Shown here: one piece after another, positions 46,061-55,740 of the stretch | Layout: every line of letters starts with the position of its first letter | Position numbering within the stretch: the stretch's first letter is position 1 | Virus record (IMG/VR): IMGVR_UViG_3300017996_000001 | Span: 1 to 61,332 of that record | Source: a virus | Taxonomy: Duplodnaviria; Caudoviricetes | Strand: one strand, 5' to 3' | DNA length: 61,332 nt | Notes under the pieces: model-generated | Database searches by the model: none | The model's input: only the letters and a program-made list of their open reading frames with translations | Told to the model about the DNA's origin: nothing | Made by a program: the position numbers and the translations under genes

Positions 46061-46761
46061 AGGTGTCCCTCCACCTTCCAGGGATCATAGTCCACCGGAG
46101 TAAACTTGCTAGTCGGTGCGAGGGCCTGCAGTTGGGCCATCACAATTGCTGGATTTGGCTGTTGGGGGACCTCATCAGGGCTAGAGTACAACTGGTTAGC
46201 CGGCTGACCACCCGGCTGGCCGCCCAACTTGCTGCTGCTGGTGCCGGTACTTGGACTTGGGCTTGCCCCTGTGCTGCCCCGCAGGCTTGGCCATTGGCCC
46301 GCCAGCGCGCTATAGTCCACCTTTCCCGCCTGCTGGTCCGCTGTCAAGTCCCGTCCGGTCTGGTTCTTATAAGTAGTTTGCGCAAGGTCCCAGGCAGCCA
46401 AGTCTTGGTTCCTTGGGCTGAAGTCAGTGAGTCCCAACTTGCTGGCCTGGGCATCCCACGTACCAGCGAGAAATTGATATTTTCCAGCCGCTGTTGAGTA
46501 GAGCCCTGGCCTATCGGGAATCGAGACCTTAATTCTAGGGTGATCGGCAAAGGAATCGAATTGCTGGCCACCATATATGGTATGATAGTCCTGGCTCTCG
46601 CCCGACGAGATCTTGGCCAGGACGCTGTAAGCAGCTGGAGAAAGGCCTGAATCCGAAGTAGTAGTGGAACCCGAAGATGAAGGAGCAGCACCTTGTATCT
46701 CCCAACCAGTAGGAGTTAGAACCTGAGTATATCCATTAACTACTCGCGTCTGATCCATCAC
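46057..46761 (-). CDS. Lambda-R-like lytic transglycosylase, probably virion-associated
   Basis: ISSGES..YHTIYGG..F.SFADHP...STAAGKYQFL..TW...DFSP.NQD. Confidence 0.88.
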   Translation of the reverse strand: MMDQTRVVNGYTQVLTPTGWEIQGAAPSSSGSTTTSDSGLSPAAYSVLAKISSGESQDYHTIYGGQQFDSFADHPRIKVSIPDRPGLYSTAAGKYQFLAGTWDAQASKLGLTDFSPRNQDLAAWDLAQTTYKNQTGRDLTADQQAGKVDYSALAGQWPSLRGSTGASPSPSTGTSSSKLGGQPGGQPANQLYSSPDEVPQQPNPAIVMAQLQALAPTSKFTPVDYDPWKVEGHL

Positions 46762-49007
46762 TGTCCTCCACCCGGCGGCCGGCGCTGCTGTGCGAGCGGA
46801 GCGACATGGAGATACCTTCCTCTACGTGTCGGATCTGCCAAGTACCACTCTCCATCTGGGGCCTTCTGGGCCCCAGGAATTGGGGGAGGTTCATCAGGCT
46901 GAAGCGCTGGTTTCCCGACGTCATCTCCACCGAGCTGATTCTTGTTTGCCTCGACAATAGAATCAAGAGAGGTCTTGTGTGCATCGCCCACCAGCTGAGT
47001 TATCAGATCCTGCATTCCCTGAGGATCCAGCGGCAGTTGATCTTGCAGGGCCTTAATCCTATCGGTCTCGGCCTTGTAGACATCAATGTCTCGCATCTCG
47101 GACTTGCCCACGAGCTTCAGCCTGTCCTTCCCGTGCGCCTCCAGAGACTTAGTCAGTGCCTGAGTCAGCGCCTGGATCTGCTGCTGCATCTGCTGCTCAG
47201 CCTGGGTCGGACCATTTCCTAGTGCCTGCTGCGGTACCATTCGCCGTAGACGTGCTGCAGCTTCCTCAGCTTTATCAAAACCCATGCTGCTAAGCAGAAG
47301 ATCACCCACAATCGCGGTAAGCCCAGGGTTCTGTGTAAGAATGAGACCAAGCGCCTCGACGGTTTCCTCCCGCTTGGATTCATATGCTGGCCCAACCCCC
47401 GGTGCAACATCATACTTACCAAGTAGAGGATTGAAAACCCGAGAAACCACCACATTATTATGATCCATCTGCTGAGAGTAAGCTTGCTGGGCCGTAGGAT
47501 CGATAGTCATTTCGAGGTCAGTACCGTCATCAGCCAGAATACGCAGCACGCGGCGAGTATCGTAGACCATAGGAATCAGGTCAATAAGCTGGCGTGCCAG
47601 GTTGATCAAGGATTCTTCATATGAGTCCTGGAAATGATAGACCGCCGTGGCGCTCTGCTCCTGGCGCTTGCCAATCGCGGCTCCAGTCCTCTCATTCCCA
47701 ACCATCCCCATCTCATTCTGATACTGCCCAGACGTCATCATCATCTGGTTGAAGGCAGTCTCCATGGCAGCCTGATAGGCCGGGCTGGCAGTCGGGGGTG
47801 CAGTGCGGAATGGTGGTGGGACTACATTCCCCTCGTCGTCTAGATGGTTCCAGATCAGGACCGAGTGATTGGTCCTATTAGCTGTGTTCCACATAGACTC
47901 GAATTCCTCCACAGCGGCCGCCGGGGCGACCCAGGGAGTCTTACCTTGCAAGGCGGTAAACTCAACCTGGGCCGAGGCATTATAGTTATACATCCTCTGA
48001 GCGTCCTTCATCGCCCGAGTGTGACCCTTGCGATCCAGTATCCCCCCGATCACGGTCTCTTCCCCTAGGACTCGAATAAGGGGAATATACTTTCCTGGCC
48101 AGGTAGTCTTGTCAGCAATCTCCTCTCCAACGATAAGGAACCACTCAATCACTTCTCGCTGTACGTCCCTGATCTTAGTAAGTTTGTCCTCCTTCAGCTC
48201 ATCATACAGCTCCTTCGGCATCTTGGACTTCAACAACATATCGCGCTCACCAGAGTCGCTAATCCAACTCACCAGCTGATCATCGTCTAGGGTCTTGCGG
48301 AAGTACTCACAAATTCGCACATCATCCTTAGTCAACCAGTCGTCACTCACACTGGTGATGCCGAGGGGAGTCTGACTCAGCACTCCCTTATACTTTGGAT
48401 ACATGTCCTCGAATAAGTCCTTCGGCACGTTGTCAAACACAAATGCGTAGCGCATGTCACTGGCATCGCGCTGCTGAGTGTCAGGGTCCGCATAGATACT
48501 CAGCGGATCATTGACTGGGCGGATAAAGATTTCCTGATCAAAGCTGTCAGGGCCTGCATATTCAGTAACCAGTCTGAACCACCCAATGCCCCCATCGATC
48601 TGGAAATCTCTGGCAATCGTGAATGCTGACTGTGCATTGGATTGGTGCTCGACATGCCTGGCAATATCGCGCAGAGCATTAGCTGATTCCTGAGTTGCCC
48701 CGTTGCCGGTTGCGATGAACTTGACTGAGGACTTGTTTTTCTTTGCTGCATTAGAGATCTGCAAGTTATGCTGGCGAATGATATTCATCGTCAGACAGGG
48801 CTTCGCGGACTCATTCCTCTGAATCTTAATGTCGTTTGGCCACTGGTAGCCGTTCTCGCTATCTCCATGGCGGAACTTGAGATCATCCAGGAACCTAATC
48901 CGAGCCGTGCTTTCCCACTCGGAGCAGCGATCAAATCTCTTCCGAGCCTCTTGAATTACCGGATCCCCTGAGATTGTGTTCGGGGCCGGATCTGGATCAG
49001 CTGCCAC
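46758..49007 (-). CDS. Portal protein (P22-like)
   Basis: DLKF..G..YQWP...PCLTMN, WPGKYIP, KDAQRMYNY, YDV..GP.YES.REE. Confidence 0.93.
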   Translation of the reverse strand: MAADPDPAPNTISGDPVIQEARKRFDRCSEWESTARIRFLDDLKFRHGDSENGYQWPNDIKIQRNESAKPCLTMNIIRQHNLQISNAAKKNKSSVKFIATGNGATQESANALRDIARHVEHQSNAQSAFTIARDFQIDGGIGWFRLVTEYAGPDSFDQEIFIRPVNDPLSIYADPDTQQRDASDMRYAFVFDNVPKDLFEDMYPKYKGVLSQTPLGITSVSDDWLTKDDVRICEYFRKTLDDDQLVSWISDSGERDMLLKSKMPKELYDELKEDKLTKIRDVQREVIEWFLIVGEEIADKTTWPGKYIPLIRVLGEETVIGGILDRKGHTRAMKDAQRMYNYNASAQVEFTALQGKTPWVAPAAAVEEFESMWNTANRTNHSVLIWNHLDDEGNVVPPPFRTAPPTASPAYQAAMETAFNQMMMTSGQYQNEMGMVGNERTGAAIGKRQEQSATAVYHFQDSYEESLINLARQLIDLIPMVYDTRRVLRILADDGTDLEMTIDPTAQQAYSQQMDHNNVVVSRVFNPLLGKYDVAPGVGPAYESKREETVEALGLILTQNPGLTAIVGDLLLSSMGFDKAEEAAARLRRMVPQQALGNGPTQAEQQMQQQIQALTQALTKSLEAHGKDRLKLVGKSEMRDIDVYKAETDRIKALQDQLPLDPQGMQDLITQLVGDAHKTSLDSIVEANKNQLGGDDVGKPALQPDEPPPIPGAQKAPDGEWYLADPTRRGRYLHVAPLAQQRRPPGGGQ

Positions 49008-49116
49008 AGGAAGTTATCCTTTTCTTAACTACCTTTAACTTAACTTGTTTTTTAGGCCCAAAATCTTTTCGAGTTCCTTTTGCGCCATGCGCAATATAGG
49101 ATTCAAAAAATCTTGC

Positions 49117-50427
49117 TCATCCCATCCACCCCAGTCCAGGATACTTATCCGAGAATTGATCTTTTACCTTACGAAGTTTTTCAACCAACTGGCTAGGGCC
49201 CTTCGGAGTCTTGAGCGCGAGGGCAAGTGTTGCGAAAGCATCTGCTCCATCGCTTGCCCAATCATGGACAGGCTCATTTGAGAGCTGGCCGTCCACGACG
49301 CGATAACGGTAATGCCTGAGGGCGCTGATTCCATCTGTACACTCTTCCTCGTCGAACCAACAATTTGGTAAAATGAGCCTGGCCGCATTAACTGAGTCAA
49401 CCTTGGCGGTTCTTGGGACAATATGGACACGGTAGCCAGCTCCTCGAATCATAGCCTCAATTGACTTTTTCTCTCCAAGTCTCTTCGCAGCGCCATCGTG
49501 AGGGAGGTACACAGTCCCATAGACATATTGCCGCGTCTGAAGTTCACGTAGATAGTGGGTGATGTCCTCGCCAGTTCCTTGGTAATAGGCCAAAATCCTA
49601 TACTGCATTGCGACTCGCTGCGCGAACCAAATAGCTGTAGCATCGGCGCGTCCCAGGTCCCAAAATGTATCAACGGGACAGGTACGGTCATAGGGAACAG
49701 TGCAGATACGACCCTCTTCCTGGCACTTGCGAAGCTCTTTAGCATAAACGGCACCCTCTAGCAACTGCAGACAGTGGCCTTCCCACACATTCAGGTAGTA
49801 GTCATGATCTCGCTTCTTGTCTCCTTCCATCTCCTCGCGGAGGACCTGGGGAAACCAGGGATTGTCTCGATAGGTCATCTTAATGACGATGGAATCGGAG
49901 GATTCCGAGATCTGGGCCGTGGCCTTAGCTAGCTCTGGATTCTTGATGAACCTAGTATAGGTATAGTCTGTATCTAGTTCTGGATTGAAGGTAATCCAGA
50001 TCTCGCTACCCGGCCGCCGGATGGTAGGAATGAGTGTGCCCCAGCTAGACCGCGAGACCTTATTTCCCTCCTCAACCCAACAATGTGTGATGCCCTCAAA
50101 GCTCTTAATCTTATTGACATTGTTCTTGATGCCAGCAAAGACAAATGTCGTTCCATTGGCTCCAATGATCTTGTCCTTCTGGACCTCATAGAAATTGCTT
50201 AATCCGAGAGCTTCGACCTGATCACTCAGGACCTTATGAACCGACTCGGAAATGGAATTCTGTAGTTCACGAGCGCAAAGTACTCGCAAAGCCTTCTCAG
50301 TTCCCAACAGCAGCAGCGCACGTGCTACTCCCCAAGACCTGCCAGCACCGCGGCCTCCATAGAGAATCTTGTATCTCTTAGGAGCGAAGAGGCACTGGAG
50401 CAGGTCAGGAAACTGTGCGTCAATCAT
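49117..50427 (-). CDS. terL: Terminase large subunit (PBSX-type)
   Basis: YGGRGAGRS, CARELQNSI, WVEEG, PTIR, FNP, WDLG, HD..SDGADA; ATG at 50427. Confidence 0.95.
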   Translation of the reverse strand: MIDAQFPDLLQCLFAPKRYKILYGGRGAGRSWGVARALLLLGTEKALRVLCARELQNSISESVHKVLSDQVEALGLSNFYEVQKDKIIGANGTTFVFAGIKNNVNKIKSFEGITHCWVEEGNKVSRSSWGTLIPTIRRPGSEIWITFNPELDTDYTYTRFIKNPELAKATAQISESSDSIVIKMTYRDNPWFPQVLREEMEGDKKRDHDYYLNVWEGHCLQLLEGAVYAKELRKCQEEGRICTVPYDRTCPVDTFWDLGRADATAIWFAQRVAMQYRILAYYQGTGEDITHYLRELQTRQYVYGTVYLPHDGAAKRLGEKKSIEAMIRGAGYRVHIVPRTAKVDSVNAARLILPNCWFDEEECTDGISALRHYRYRVVDGQLSNEPVHDWASDGADAFATLALALKTPKGPSQLVEKLRKVKDQFSDKYPGLGWMG

Positions 50428-50464
50428 GACTTCTTGCCGAGGACCTTGCCATGGGGGTTTCTCC

Positions 50465-50499
50465 AAAAAACGTGGGCCGGGGGGGCCGAAGCCCCCCAG
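50465..50499 (-). terminator. Intrinsic terminator upstream of terL
   Basis: GGGGGGC-TTCG-GCCCCCC followed by CGGCCCACGTTTTTT on the - strand. Confidence 0.7.
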
Positions 50500-50506
50500 A
50501 CTAGAC

Positions 50507-51883
50507 TTAGAGCGCCGCACTCCAGGTAAGGATGCTGCCGCCACCCGCGCCAACAAGAGCGCAAGTGTCGCCAGCAGTAAAGCCAGAGGCTACGGTGGCA
50601 ATCAGGCCGCCATACTGCGGAGTATTGCCGGTTTGCACTACCAAGAACGTAGTTGCCAGGGCAGTATTAGTGCCCGCCACACCCAACTTCCAAGTGCTGG
50701 TGCTCAGAGCCGTGCCGCTTGCGCTAAAGGTCGGTGCAGCCCGCATGGCCGCTGGCCACTGGAACTGGACCCAGCAGGTAGTCGTAGAAGCAGCATACCC
50801 CACAGCAACCTGCGCTGCCGTTGCCGGCTCCGCCACTGAGTACACGAAGTAGTTCTGCTGAGCCTGACTAGCCTGCAGCCCAATCGAATTGAAGGGCTGG
50901 ACGGGAGCACCAGTCCCAACTGCGCTGCCAGTCCCCGTCAGATAGCTCGCGGCATTGTCTACCGCCAGCTGGAGTCCAGCAAAGGCCACATAGTTGGTCG
51001 CTCCAGCTGTTGCCGTCGGGGTGAAGCAGACAGCCACACCAACCTCAGTTGCAGCCGCCGGCACAGTGCCATAGACTACATAGCGAGTCGGAGTAGTGCT
51101 GACAGTCAGTGCCTGGGCAACTGCGTTGGTCTGCCCAGACCATCCACTGGAGCCGCCGCCACCAGCATTCAGCCCATAGGCCATATTGACCGAGCCATTG
51201 TCACCGCCGGAGTCCTTTCCGTAGATGATATAGGCCGTAATCTGGCCATTGGTATCCGCAGCAAAGGTGGCATCCGCTGTGGCATAGAAGCTAAACTCCA
51301 GCGTGGAGCCAGCAACTCCAGCAGTAGTTGAAGCTAGAACTTCCTGCCCCATGCAAACCGGCACAAGTCCGGTCTGGCTCGCGGTTTCCGCCATCTTATA
51401 CGCAGTCGCAAAGCCAGTCGGCAGATCACCCGCAGTCGTGTCCTTGGACACAGTCATAGCCGTCGAGGTTCCAGACCACGCGAACCAATCCGAGTTCTGA
51501 TACTTGACTGCCGTCGTAGCACTAATACCAGCGGTACCGAACGGATAGGTGTTCTGAGTCGCGTCCCCAGCCACCAGCAGCTGAGCAGCACCGCTGGCTA
51601 CATAGTTAGCTGCGTATTGCCCCAGCTGTTGGACTGTGATTCCCTCGGTCTGGGGATTCTGACCATTCGGCAGCTGAGTATCGAAGCTGGCTCCCTCCTT
51701 GCCGGTCAGGGGAATCGTGCTTGGATACTGCACTCCTCCCGCAAACGGATACGGAGTCACAGTCCCACCCGTCAGAGTATTATTTATCCCTGTATTAGTC
51801 GTAAAGCCGCCGGCCCAAGCCGTAGCTCCTAGTCCAAGCGCTGCGCAGAATGCCAGCACTGACACCTTTGTCCTCGTCTTCAT
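50507..51883 (-). CDS. Exported fibre/CBM-like virion appendage protein
   Basis: Signal peptide ...GLGATAWA; jelly-roll-like region (AFAGLQL...MRAAPT); AAGGAG RBS. Confidence 0.7.
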   Translation of the reverse strand: MKTRTKVSVLAFCAALGLGATAWAGGFTTNTGINNTLTGGTVTPYPFAGGVQYPSTIPLTGKEGASFDTQLPNGQNPQTEGITVQQLGQYAANYVASGAAQLLVAGDATQNTYPFGTAGISATTAVKYQNSDWFAWSGTSTAMTVSKDTTAGDLPTGFATAYKMAETASQTGLVPVCMGQEVLASTTAGVAGSTLEFSFYATADATFAADTNGQITAYIIYGKDSGGDNGSVNMAYGLNAGGGGSSGWSGQTNAVAQALTVSTTPTRYVVYGTVPAAATEVGVAVCFTPTATAGATNYVAFAGLQLAVDNAASYLTGTGSAVGTGAPVQPFNSIGLQASQAQQNYFVYSVAEPATAAQVAVGYAASTTTCWVQFQWPAAMRAAPTFSASGTALSTSTWKLGVAGTNTALATTFLVVQTGNTPQYGGLIATVASGFTAGDTCALVGAGGGSILTWSAAL

Positions 51884-51946
51884 TTTCAGTCTCCTTCAGG
51901 GCACCATTGCCCTTGCTAGCATTCAGGCGCAAGCGCCAGAATTTCC

Positions 51947-53836
51947 TCAACATGATGCGTTATTATAGGGCACCGTGACATATTGTATATAGGAGTCAGG
52001 AGGAACTGGCCCCACCTGAGTTGTGCTCTGTGTAAAGGTATTTCCAAGGTGAGAGCATGCAGTTCCTACAAACGTATTCCCCGACACAATTCCTACTACC
52101 CCTGCCACATCTCCATACTGCGCACTGCTGTTGCCGAATATAGAATTTCCAGTCACAGCTACCTGAGTTCCAGCGGATGAGGCCACCCGAATTCCCTGGC
52201 AGGCAACACTCACCCCATTATTTGCTATCTGGTTTCCAGTCACCATCAGCTCGCTCAGGGTACCAAGCCCCTGGATTCCGCAGGCTGAGTTGCTGATAAC
52301 CTGGGTTCCAGTAATAGCTACCGAGGTATTATTAACCGAGAGGTGGATTCCGTCCCCAGTGTGGCTAGCGGCTGTGCTTCCAGCTCTACCAGTAACTGTT
52401 TGTCCAGCTCCTTGAAAGGACCCGCCAGAAATTGTATGCTGACTTCCGAAAGTGCTTAGAACTACCTCTCCTCCATTCCCTCCCCCATCATCCAAACCAA
52501 CTGCTCCGGTTAACTGAACTCCAGAGATCGGATTCCCGCTGGTTCCAACAAAGTGGAAACCTCCAGCAGTATTGGCCTGGGACTGCGGCCCATCCCAGTT
52601 GACTTGGATAGTTGACGTGCCAGCCCCTGCTCCTCCAATCCAATCATATCCCCAGCCGTTGTTGCCCTGGCTAAGGGTTCCATTCATAGCCCAGCGGAGT
52701 GGAATGGCACCAGTACTAGCACTAGCTGAGAATCCATCAGCATAGTTAAACTGAGCCACACATCCATTGCAGCTACTACCAGACGTAGACCCGAGGGTAA
52801 ATCCGTTGTTGTGATTGGCAGAGGTCACTCGATCAATAGTCATCCCAGACACACTAGTAGCCACACTAATGCCATCAGCCCCAGCGGAGGGAATTCCAAT
52901 CCGAGTAATGGAGAAGTCTGCAAGATGAATCCCAGCAGCAGCGGCCGCCGGGCAAAGCCCACTCACAGTACTGGAGTTAACCGTGATGGTGGTTTCAGAC
53001 TGCCCAGCTCCAAGCAAGTTAGTACCACTTGGAAGCACCAGGCAAGATGAGATAGTGAAGTTTCCAACTGGAAGGTAGACTGTGGAATAGTTCGTAATGC
53101 AAGATTGAATAGCAGCTGTGGAGTCATTAGTCCCTGTTGGGTCCGCGAAGCAATTCGCCACAGCATCCGTTGGTCCACCCTGAAATGCGCGAGAGACGCT
53201 TGAGTACCAAGTTCCAGGACTGCCACCATTAGTGGAAATGTAGACTGTCTGGCCAGTCTTGATCACTAGGGGTTGGCCCGCAGTCTGTCCCTGAAATGCA
53301 TCAGCACTTTGTGGGTTGACTGTTACATTTCCTCCCTGCTGGTTTGAAATCCAGAACCCAAAACCGCTGAATACCGTCGCGGCTACAGGCAGAGTATAGG
53401 CTATCGGTCCGGTGGCAATACGCTGGGTGAGCTGAAAGGCGCTTGTAACCGTAGTTGGACTTGAATCTGCGAATATCGGGAAGGACACAGTGCTAATTGC
53501 ATTTGAACTAGGCACTGGGACCTGAACTATCGTGTCCCAGATAGTATTGCCAAATTGGTCCTGCAGTACCTGGCGGTAGGTTCCTGTTCCCCAGATTATC
53601 GCTCGGCCGTTGGCATCCAGCCGGACTGGATTGGCATTAGCCGTAGTCAGGCCATTATCGAGATAAGTTGGTGCTGGGGTGGTAGTATTCGGAACATAGA
53701 AATAGACATACCCATTTGCATAGGGAACTCCATTCCCATCCGAGAATTGCTGCATTCCGTTGGGTAGCAGACTTTGGCCAGCGGCGAAGCTCACCAGACC
53801 TAGCCAAACCACCAACCCCAGCCACCAGGACTTCAT
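51947..53836 (-). CDS. Tailspike: signal peptide, P22-type head-binding domain and beta-helix
   Basis: MKSWWLGLVVWLGLVSFAAG-QSLLPNGMQQF.DGNG...NPVRLDANGRA.IW; DPTGTNDSTAAIQ...VYLPVG.F beta-helix cap. Confidence 0.85.
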   Translation of the reverse strand: MKSWWLGLVVWLGLVSFAAGQSLLPNGMQQFSDGNGVPYANGYVYFYVPNTTTPAPTYLDNGLTTANANPVRLDANGRAIIWGTGTYRQVLQDQFGNTIWDTIVQVPVPSSNAISTVSFPIFADSSPTTVTSAFQLTQRIATGPIAYTLPVAATVFSGFGFWISNQQGGNVTVNPQSADAFQGQTAGQPLVIKTGQTVYISTNGGSPGTWYSSVSRAFQGGPTDAVANCFADPTGTNDSTAAIQSCITNYSTVYLPVGNFTISSCLVLPSGTNLLGAGQSETTITVNSSTVSGLCPAAAAAGIHLADFSITRIGIPSAGADGISVATSVSGMTIDRVTSANHNNGFTLGSTSGSSCNGCVAQFNYADGFSASASTGAIPLRWAMNGTLSQGNNGWGYDWIGGAGAGTSTIQVNWDGPQSQANTAGGFHFVGTSGNPISGVQLTGAVGLDDGGGNGGEVVLSTFGSQHTISGGSFQGAGQTVTGRAGSTAASHTGDGIHLSVNNTSVAITGTQVISNSACGIQGLGTLSELMVTGNQIANNGVSVACQGIRVASSAGTQVAVTGNSIFGNSSAQYGDVAGVVGIVSGNTFVGTACSHLGNTFTQSTTQVGPVPPDSYIQYVTVPYNNASC

Positions 53837-53837
53837 G

Positions 53838-54050
53838 CTACTCTCCAGCAATCTTGCAGGCAGAAGACAGGGAACCTTTGCCTCCTGAGGTCTTATGTCG
53901 GATAGAGGTCATATGCTCAGTATCCCACTCAGGAAAGTCTGAAGCCTTCCGAGCAGTCCGAAGACCACTCTGCTCCGGATAGCAGTTGCCAAGACTTGGA
54001 CTCTGCTCCATGCCGGCAATTGCCTTAGTGCTATTAAGCTTTGCCATCAC
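53838..54050 (-). CDS. Small hypothetical late protein
   Basis: GGAGG RBS; packed. Confidence 0.6.
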   Translation of the reverse strand: MMAKLNSTKAIAGMEQSPSLGNCYPEQSGLRTARKASDFPEWDTEHMTSIRHKTSGGKGSLSSACKIAGE

Positions 54051-54060
54051 GAGTCCCTCC

Positions 54061-54339
54061 TTACTTGCAGCACGGCTTCATGCCGCTGAGCTTCTCGTGG
54101 CGAACATTAGCCGAGTCCTTCATCCCGCCATGCCCAGTAGCCTGACTGGTCGGATGCTCGCCATGCAGGACGCTGGAGGGCTTACCAATCGACAGCTTGG
54201 GGTCCGAGCCAGCTGCGGTCCTTCCAGCTAAGCCCCGAGTCTCATTCCCAACTCCGCCCATAGCTGGCGCCTGGCGGATATGCGCCGCAGGCTTAGAGGC
54301 ACTCGCAACTCGTGCCACTGGCATATTTCCTTTTCCCAT
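54061..54339 (-). CDS. Small basic disordered late protein
   Basis: AAGGAG RBS. Confidence 0.65.
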   Translation of the reverse strand: MGKGNMPVARVASASKPAAHIRQAPAMGGVGNETRGLAGRTAAGSDPKLSIGKPSSVLHGEHPTSQATGHGGMKDSANVRHEKLSGMKPCCK

Positions 54340-54374
54340 TTCAGTTCTCCTTGATTACAATCTAGTCCTTGATA

Positions 54375-54896
54375 CTATAATCCGTCGCTTGCTATCTGGC
54401 AAGACGCCCGAATACCCAAAATCGGATAATGTGTCTCAACCCGCGAGCCGCCTATCCAGTGCCATACACTTCGCGGGGCGTTTTCGATAGCCTCCCCGAG
54501 GTCTCCCGAGATCTTGTATCCTGTCATCCCAACTCTTAGCTTCTTAGCTACGACAACTCCTACTACTGGTCGTCCATAGACGCACCTAAGCACTGGCTCA
54601 TAGAGTGTCCTAAGCTCATCATGCGCACCAGTGGACCAAGTGTGCTTTGCTTCCAGTACCACGACATGACTAGGGGTAACTCGGATGAAATCCGGCTGAC
54701 AAAAGCCGCCTCCATTTCGGTCCTCAAATCTAAACCAGGGCCCAAATTCCCAGCTAGCATCCAGAGCTCTGGCAAGCTCCTTCTCGTACTTACAGCCAAG
54801 TCTCTTGGCTCCTCGGGGCCGACGGATGCCAGGCCAAGGACTAGTTTCTGATCTTTCTGCACTGACCAGTCCTACTATGATTCGTTTCACAGCCAA
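54375..54896 (-). CDS. PD-(D/E)XK nuclease (resolvase-like)
   Basis: YEKEL...QPDFI...VVLEAK. Confidence 0.7.
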   Translation of the reverse strand: MAVKRIIVGLVSAERSETSPWPGIRRPRGAKRLGCKYEKELARALDASWEFGPWFRFEDRNGGGFCQPDFIRVTPSHVVVLEAKHTWSTGAHDELRTLYEPVLRCVYGRPVVGVVVAKKLRVGMTGYKISGDLGEAIENAPRSVWHWIGGSRVETHYPILGIRASCQIASDGL

Positions 54897-55171
54897 GTTT
54901 TCCCAGTCACGAAGTGGTACAACAGTGAAATGGCAGTCCCAACTCCAGCTAGCAAAGCTGCAACTGCTATTGAAATAACTGAGTAGGTCACAGCATTTGA
55001 GGCAGACTCAGACAATTGTCGTAGCCGCCTGACGTGGTGAAAGTCAGCTCGAAGAGCTGCCATATCATCCTTGCTGTCAATATCCGTCCCAAAGGCCTGA
55101 AGCATGAACATGCGCACAGTATGCTCAGCTGCCTCATGAATATACTCCCTCATCTTGTCATCATCTGTCAT
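54887..55171 (-). CDS. Small membrane protein (C-terminal TM), lysis region
   Basis: Soluble N-terminus with one TM helix. Confidence 0.65.
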   Translation of the reverse strand: MTDDDKMREYIHEAAEHTVRMFMLQAFGTDIDSKDDMAALRADFHHVRRLRQLSESASNAVTYSVISIAVAALLAGVGTAISLLYHFVTGKTWL

Positions 55172-55431
55172 GACGCGGCTCCTTCATCCTCGACTCCAAA
55201 CAGATGGAGCACAATGGTAAGCTCAATCCCTCGCCTGTTTTGTGTATCCAACCGTCTAGCCCTCCAGATAAAGGCCTCTTCTAGCGCTGCCTTAACGTTT
55301 TCCAGCAATTCCTTGCGTTCACCGTTAGCAAGTAATGAAGGCTGTTGCGCCAACCTCTCGTAAAGTTTTGCTGGAATCTCAACCACTAGCCATTTTCCTT
55401 GCTGCCAGGAGTATAAGGCGTCATAGCCCAA
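55168..55431 (-). CDS. Hypothetical protein
   Basis: ATGA coupling downstream; start uncertain. Confidence 0.45.
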   Translation of the reverse strand: MGYDALYSWQQGKWLVVEIPAKLYERLAQQPSLLANGERKELLENVKAALEEAFIWRARRLDTQNRRGIELTIVLHLFGVEDEGAAS

Positions 55432-55655
55432 CCATTACTGAAGAAATGAACCGCCAGCGCGCCGGAAAACACTCCACAAATCCAGATCGCTAGCGGGAAC
55501 TTAAACCCGATTTCAGCAATGAAAAATGACAACGTATCAGAATGCCCATTAGCATCCGGATGCGCCAGCGCCCACCATTCAGTCCCAGTGAAAAACAAGA
55601 TAGAGCCCAGCAAACCTGCCAGCCAAACCCATCCAAGATTGAACTTTAGACTCAT
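55386..55655 (-). CDS. Two-TM membrane protein (holin candidate)
   Basis: Two hydrophobic helices; AAGGAGG RBS. Confidence 0.6.
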   Translation of the reverse strand: MSLKFNLGWVWLAGLLGSILFFTGTEWWALAHPDANGHSDTLSFFIAEIGFKFPLAIWICGVFSGALAVHFFSNGWAMTPYTPGSKENG

Positions 55656-55665
55656 TACAGCCTCC

Positions 55666-55740
55666 TTAGAGTAAATTAAGGTACAGAATCAGTCCAGCCA
55701 GGACCAAACCAGTCACAACTCCTGCAAAAAACTTAATCAC
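55666..55740 (-). CDS. 24-aa hydrophobic peptide (not in the ORF track)
   Basis: GTGA overlap; MIKFFAGVVTGLVLAGLILYLNLL. Confidence 0.55.
   Translation of the reverse strand: MIKFFAGVVTGLVLAGLILYLNLL

Noticed and set aside
50428-50556. Extended TerL N-terminus
   Set aside because: It overlaps the upstream gene and a terminator; conserved TerL sequence begins near 50427.
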